DNA from: the human T2T-CHM13v2.0 reference genome, Homo sapiens
Length of the DNA: 64,000 nucleotides
NCBI RefSeq assembly: GCF_009914755.1
Contig: NC_060931.1
Reading direction: 5' to 3' (one strand)
Made by a program: the position numbers and the translations under genes. Shown piece by piece: positions 56,554 to 64,000 of the stretch (position 1 is the stretch's first letter; the number at the start of each line of letters is the position of its first letter). A model generated the notes under the pieces. The model was given only the letters and a program-made list of their open reading frames with translations, ran no database searches and was not told the DNA's origin.

Positions 56554-57719
56554 AGTAGGAAGAAAAAAGAAAGCTGATGACAAGAAGACAAGAATATTTG
56601 ATGACAATAGAGGGAAGAAGACAATGTATCATCCTTCCTAAAATTAATGCTTCATTCCCTTATGAAGTTAAACAGAGTTCTGAATATGGGATCTGTGGGG
56701 TTTTGAAGGTACATAGACGTGGTATATAGGGTATGAGGATATATAGCTTTTGAGGGTATATAGGCATTTATTGAAATGGCTGTGAATTAGATATAGGCAT
56801 AGAGCAAATCACTCTATAAGCACAAGAGAGTCTGGCAGAGCAGTTTATAAGCCAAAATGAAAGGGCTTCCACTGCAGTAAACTATCTCAAGTGTGGCATC
56901 AATGAACAAGGCCAAGGACATGGTGATGGAGAGGAGAATGTTTTTCCCCTTCCATCCATAGCTACTGAAATAATGTTAAATTTTGTGTTTGCTAATGAAA
57001 CAATATAATTCTGTGCCAGTAATACTTGCAATATCTATTCCTGGTATATGACCACCACCTGCTTTATTGTAATAGGAAAACAGATTAAACAAAGTTTAAT
57101 ACTCATAACATTTTTCAGTTGGGTCCTTTGAGTCAACAATGGGAAATGGCAGAGGATACATAAACAAACTGGGATAACTAGAAAAAATCTACACACACAC
57201 ACACACACACAGACACACACACCATAGATATAACATTTTCCTCAGAAAATAAAAACTTATTTCACAAAACAGAACAATATTTGAAAGTGGAAGTTTTCTA
57301 TTCTGTTTGGAAAAAAAAGTACCACTATCGCTTAAATAAGAAGAGCTTAGGTTTTAAAAGATAAAGAAATGAAGCAGATAAAAAGAAAGTAAATAGTATG
57401 CAGAATAAGCTACAAAACATGCTCAGATTTATATCTAAGAAATATCTCCAGACTATAGAAGACAACTTTAAAAATAATTGAAAAGAATGTGCAGAAAGAT
57501 AAATGGACATGTTGTAAGAACTCAATCCTTTTATTTTTACTTTGAAAAGTAAGATGGTGGATATAGAAGTTAGAATAAAAAGATCCAATCTGTTAATAAG
57601 AAAAGATTCCTTTTCCCCCTGAAATAAAATAAGTAGTTTAAAATTTTATCTTTAAAACTGATATGGAAGAAAAAAAAATCCAGAACTTATAAAAAAAATC
57701 CAAAGATGAGAAATCAGGT

Positions 57720-57870
57720 GGACAAAATAAGTTCAAATAAACCAGACAAATCTCTTGCAAAAATTTGAAATGTAAAGGATAGAAATACAATCCTGTAAGC
57801 TTCAAACAAGCAACCATTTACTTTCAGAGGAGTTAAAACCAGATTGGCTTCAGATTTTCTTGCTGGTACT
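57720..57870 (+). mobile_element. L1 ORF1/HAL1-like fossil
   Basis: Translation KDRNTIL*AS..PFTFRGVKTRLASDF resembles L1 ORF1 (K.KEK.LKA...VT.KG.PIRL.ADFS). Confidence 0.6.
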
Positions 57871-58959
57871 ATTAATATTTAAACATCTAGTTCTACAGCA
57901 CTTGTCAAGGCCCATATAGACACTCTCAGCTCTTCAGGGTCTCAGGCTATATGCTGTTCAATGTGCCTTTTCAAAAAATATAATAATAGTAAAATGGGAA
58001 AGTGTTTTGCATGGTGCAGAGATGACAATTTTAAAGAACAGAAAATGGTCATTGAGATAAAGAGTTATTATATGGATGATTAAAGATACTGAGCAGTAAT
58101 GAAATACAGATTGTTGCAGATGTAAGCTGAGTACCCCCAAATCCTCCAGCATGCTTTCCTGTAGAATCCAAATACAGTAGCCAGAGGCTCATCCCACAAA
58201 CCCAAAGCATGCCCAGGGCCCACCTGTCCTTGTTTTCTTGTGGGGGGAGGGGGTCCCTGGACCACTTCACCCCCAAATGTGAATATAACTGACCGTATCC
58301 ATTCCTTAAGCAACTACAAAGATGGTACTAAAATATAAATCTTACGAAACTAGGGATTTTGTCTGTTCCATACATCATGGTATCCCCAGGGTTTAGAGTG
58401 ATGTTGCATGATTGAATGGATAAATGCTATTGTCAATGACATTTTTTTTTTTGAGGATTTGACAGTGGTGTTGGAGGTCAACAGCATCAAGCAAAAAATA
58501 CTCAAAATTGTATTTAATGCATCACTGTTCTTAAAATTCTATGGCCATTTCTACCATTGTGTCATCTTTTTCATACAACATTCTCTGTCCTAAGGCTTCT
58601 GACCTCCTGCCCAGTAGCGAGGCTGGTCCTCTCTTTCAGACTTTCTCATCTCCTTCCTTCTCTGAGCAAAACGGGCCCAAAGGCTTTCTGTCTCAAGCCC
58701 TCAATAGGGAAAGTGGAAATCCATTCATGTTGAAGCACATCCTTATTTTTACTTGAAGCAGCCGTGTTAGCCCGGCCTTATCTACCATAACCCAAAGACC
58801 TTTTATCTATACTCTAAGGCAAAAGATGTGTTTACCATCCCAAAACAAAACGTTCCATTTGACTAAAGTTCAAAAAAATAATATATTTCCCTACATACAT
58901 GGCTTTATTTTCCTTGGTCCTGTGCAATTGGTAATGACATGCTGAAAGAAAGAAACACT

Positions 58960-59086
58960 TGACTTCCAGGGTTCAGGCGATCCTCCTACCTCAGCCTCCC
59001 AAGTAGCTGGGACTACAGGTGCACACCACTGTGCCTGGTTAGTTTTGTTTATTTTTTGTAGAGACAAGGTCTCGCTCTGTTGCCCA
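58960..59086 (-). mobile_element. AluJ/FLAM fragment
   Basis: ttcaggcgatcctcctacctcagcctccc...ttgtagagacaaggtctcgctctgttgcccag. Confidence 0.85.
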
Positions 59087-59705
59087 GTAAAATCAGGTCT
59101 TTAATACAAATGTTCTGACTCCCATGCAGAATTCTTTCCTGTTGGCTGGGGAGAAAGAAAACATTACTCTCCATATTTCCTATATCTAGATCTATTATAT
59201 CTATGTTTATCTCTGTTGCTATGTGTATGCCTGTGTCTATCTCTCTCTCTCTCTAGATCCCCTCACATTCAAGTTTTCTATTTAAGAGAGAACCACAAAT
59301 TCAGAGTATTTAGCAGGATCAAGAGGTCCCATAGGGCAGACCAGAAGGAAGATACGCTCTCTGAAATCAAGTTTTTTATTATTATTATTTTATTTGTATA
59401 AATTTAGGTAGTACAAGTACAGTTTTGTCACATAAACATATGGCCTAGTGGTGAAGTCTGGGCTCTTAGTGTAACCAATATACGCAGTTTAACAATCTTG
59501 ATGGACTAACTGGTTAGTTTAACTACCTGCTCTTTTTGTTAGACTGTAGAAAGGTAACGTGATATACCATAGAGATCTCTGAACCAGGAGACAGCCGAAC
59601 CTGGTTCAGTTCCCCACTCACCCTTTCACCAGCTGGGTTACCATAGACATGTTAATCCACCCCCATCCCCATGCCATAATTTTAACAATTTATAAATAAG
59701 CTACA

Positions 59706-59835
59706 TCAGTGTTTTCCAAATATTGACTCATGTAGCAGCAGGTGCATCAGGCTCCACATTCAAAGATACTGACTCAGAATCTGTTCTATTTAAGCTCCCC
59801 AGGTCATTCTGATGTAGAGGCAGGTTTGAGAATGA
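59706..59835. mobile_element. MER5-family fragment
   Basis: cagtgttttccaaa...ctgactcagaatctg...aagctccccaggtcattctgatg...aggtttgagaat. Confidence 0.65.
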
Positions 59836-59869
59836 CTCACATCGATGACCTCTGAGGTCACTTGGCTAA

Positions 59870-60210
59870 TTCTGTATGGTGCTCACTTACATGAATACAC
59901 CACAACTGATTTATCCATTCTCTTATTGAGGGATGGAGTTTATTTCCAAATGTTTGCTATTATGAGCAATGTTGATATGAGCATTCCTTCTTGTGTACGT
60001 GTAAAACTGTGCACCTGTGCAAGAACTCTGTAGGGTAAATTCCTAAGAGAAAAATCACTGGGTTATAGGATATGTGCATCTTCACATTTCCTAACTATTA
60101 CCAATTTGTTTTCTAAAGTGGTTATACCAATTTACACTCCCATTAGCAGTGTACAGCAATTCTTCTTGTTCTATATATATGCTTACTCCTGATGTTGCCA
60201 GACGTTATCA
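59870..60210 (-). mobile_element. Old L1 (L1ME-like)
   Basis: tttatccattct...tttgctattatgagcaatg...aaagtggttataccaatttacactccc. Confidence 0.8.
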
Positions 60211-60264
60211 TTCTAGATATTTTGAGTAAATGCTTTGTATGAAATTCATCAAAAATAAACTGTT

Positions 60265-60874
<610 letters not shown>

Positions 60875-61562
60875 TGAACTGTTGTTAATGTCTGGTGTTG
60901 GCTGGTGTCCTTTTGCTGGTGCTGCATGTATGCGCTCAGTCTGCTTCAAGAGTAAGTTTATTAAGCAAGCCCTTGCCTTAATATTCTGTGCACTCAGCAC
61001 ATAAACAATCTGAACCAAACTTGAGAAGGAGAAATTCTTTTCTGGTGTCTCTTGTTTAGATTCCCGCTTGTTTGAAGACACCAAGTCTATAGTTGTCCAT
61101 GATGGTGTTTATTATAGCTTACTATGAAATTAATAAGATAATAAATAAAAGTTTGTGAGGTTTAGATCAATGTTAACTGCAGTGGTAAATGTAATAGTGA
61201 TTTAGAAAATGACTTTATGTTACTAGATCAATGGAAAAGAGATATCCTCTAAGTGGGTGGTTAGAATATGCAGGTCGTATGCTACCAGAATAGATGGATG
61301 GCTAAAGAATTTCTTCTTTGTATGTACATGGATGTATATATGTAAAGTCCTTTAAAGAACTTCTCCAGTGACAGATCCCTTGAAAACTGTATCCTTAGCC
61401 TTTGGAGACCTTGAGGGGATGTCTTAGGAGAATACATGTAGGAAATAGAGAATGAACAGGCAGCTGCCCTTGACCATAAAAAGTTAGACATAGAGTGCTT
61501 TTAGAGAATGAGAAGCTACCCTGCAACTAATAGGTTAAAGCTCATAAAAATATTAAAATATG

Positions 61563-61904
<342 letters not shown>

Positions 61905-62194
61905 TCATAGACTTTTTTGTGTCCCTTTTTGTGTCCCAATATCATGGGATATTGAAAGAACCATTGGAGATAGCATGATTTTGAGAATGTCTTGCTACAT
62001 TCCCAAATGCCACATTTGACAGGTCCCTGATTCATAGTGTGAGATGTCAGTCTGCTTTCAGATTCAGGAGCAAAGTTATTTGGTTGTCTGCCTGCCTGGG
62101 AGCTATGAGAAGATGACTTGGAAAGAGACACATTCAGAGTGTTCTGATTGTCTAGGAGCTGTTTCGTGTTTCTCTCCTTATGCCAGCATACCAA

Positions 62195-62831
62195 TTCAGG
62201 GCTCAGAAATCGATATCCCGAAAAATCTCACTTTGTACATGCTGAACTGAAAAAGGAGGCTTAAGTTGTCTTTGACATTCTGTCCACCTTCCACACCCCA
62301 CCACCATCTCTCCCAAAGCACAGGACAAAGTTATTCTCTGAAATTCCTTTATCTGCTTAAAGTTCAGCCCTACCAAAGAAGAAGACAATTACCTCCAGTA
62401 TTGTCCATGCCCTGATTTTCATTAACTAAACTTATATGGCAGGAAGAATGGCTGAGGTCAACAAACCTGGACAGATTTTTGTCACAAACCATTGTCTGCT
62501 CTGCAAGCCCAGCAGACTTTGCCAGAGGCCATTGTATGTTCTTCAAGCCCATTGAAATCTCTCTAGTAATCATTTATTTCCCCTCAAAAAAACTCCTCTT
62601 TTTCCCCTCCTATAACCTGTTTTGCCAAGATCCAAGCCCCATTCTTTCTGTAACCTCAAGATGGTTTATAAGCTTCTGCACCCCACTGGGGGATTGAGTC
62701 TTCATTCTGAAGGCTCCTGTGTAAACACATGAAATAAATTTGTTTGCTTTTTCTCCAATTAATCTGCCTCTACAAGCTGATTTTTAAGTGAACCTTTTGA
62801 GGGTGAAGGAAAATTCCCTTTTGTTCCTACA
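62195..62831 (+). mobile_element. ERV1 solo LTR (MER34/MER39-like)
   Basis: agggctcagaaatcgatatccc...catgctgaactg...aaataaatttgtttgctttttctcc...gtgaacctt...cctaca; TSD ccaa/ccag. Confidence 0.75.
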
Positions 62832-63451
62832 CCAGCCTCTAAGCAGCAGTGGTGTGGGTGGTTCAGAATTTGTACAATAAGGTAGGCATAGTAGTGGAAG
62901 GAGATCCAGACAGAGAATTCAGAATGAAATAAATGACTGAGGTAATGAAAAGAACTTGAATTTCACTGAATGTTTTTCTGAGAGAACCTCAGATTTTTAT
63001 AACCAGATTGAATTGCAGACATCATTGGACTGGACTAAGATTTAAGTGGGAAAGGAGCAAAAAATGTGATGTTTATTCTAGTGGTTCAAGTTTCAGAACA
63101 GAGTGCAGCTGTGAGATTAAAACTAGCTCTGTGTTTAGTCACGGCTGAGATGAGATTCCTCACACAGGCTGACGATTATTGTAATTTTCTTATTATAAAA
63201 ATAATACATATTTCCCACAGAAAATGCACTTTGTCTTTCCTCTTGAGTTTTCTATAATTTTAGTTGTTGGTTCCTGCTTATTCTGGGAGTCTTTTAGAGA
63301 AGGTATGGGCTAGGTCACCTAGAATATGATGACTTTCACTGCTATATTAAGTCTGTGTGTACAGTTAAGGTTTCCTTCATTGTTGGTGACCAAGAGAATC
63401 AAAAGGTTTTTTTTTTTTTAGGAGATCAGTGTATTTTTATGAGGAGATCCA

Positions 63452-63815
63452 TGTAGTCCATTCTCACACTGCTATAAAGAATTGCTGAGACTGGGTAATT
63501 TATAAAGAAAAGAGGTTTAGTTGATTCACAGTTCTGCATGGCTTGGGGGGGCCTCAGGAAATTTACAATCAAGACCAAAGGGGAGGCAGGCATGTCTTAC
63601 ATGGCGGCAGGAGAGAGAGAGTGTGCGAAGGGGAAGCACCCTTTATTAAATCATCAGCTTCTGTGAGAGCTCCCTCACTGTCACAAGAACAGCATGGGGA
63701 AAACCACTCCCTTGATCCATCACCTCCCACAATGTACCTCTCAGGACACATTGAGATTATGGGGATTACAATTTGAGATGAGATTTGGGTGAGGACACAG
63801 AGCCAAACCATATAA
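63452..63815 (-). mobile_element. THE1D/MSTA-like LTR
   Basis: tagtccattctcacactgctataaag...gagccaaaccatat; TSD atcca. Confidence 0.9.
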
Positions 63816-63932
63816 ATCCATTAGGGGAAAATATCTATGTGATAAGGCAGAGAAAGAACAGGCAGTTACATGCTACCATATAAATGTAGAGGCAGAATTC
63901 CTCTAGAATTTCATTTAGAATTTATCTACTCT

Positions 63933-64000
63933 GGCCTGGTGCAGTGGCTCATGCCTGTTATCCCAACACTTCAGGAGGCCAAGGCAGGCAGATCGCGAGG
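63933..64000 (+). mobile_element. Alu 5' end, cut by the window edge
   Basis: ggcctggtgcagtggctcatgcctg... Confidence 0.9.

Overview
This is primate nuclear DNA, human or a close ape judging by its AluY and HERV-K LTR5 content. It is intergenic or intronic, and I can support no protein-coding gene. The longer ORFs in the track are Alu, LTR or simple-repeat read-throughs or have no homology I recognise. The window holds about 42 Alu copies or fragments and many LTRs: a solo HERV-K LTR5, two LTR8-family LTRs, five THE1-type LTRs plus one truncated copy, MST, MLT1, MLT2, MER34-like and LTR33-like elements. It also has old L1/L2/L3/MIR fragments, DNA-transposon relics (MER1A, MER3, MER5, MER81, MADE1) and several large simple repeats. 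The non-routine items are: (1) an old mitochondrial insertion (NUMT: COX1 3' end, tRNA-Ser(UCN), start of tRNA-Asp) split by an AluY; (2) a 35-nt tailless U2 snRNA retrocopy whose target site was also used by an Alu; (3) a cluster of fold-back inverted repeats at 17.4-17.7 kb; (4) an unexplained ~240-bp direct repeat 2.5 kb apart; (5) repeat-free, motif-dense candidate enhancers at 25.6-26.2 kb and 36.6-37.3 kb. I found no convincing novel biological system. Repeat subfamily names come from remembered consensus sequences, not a database search.
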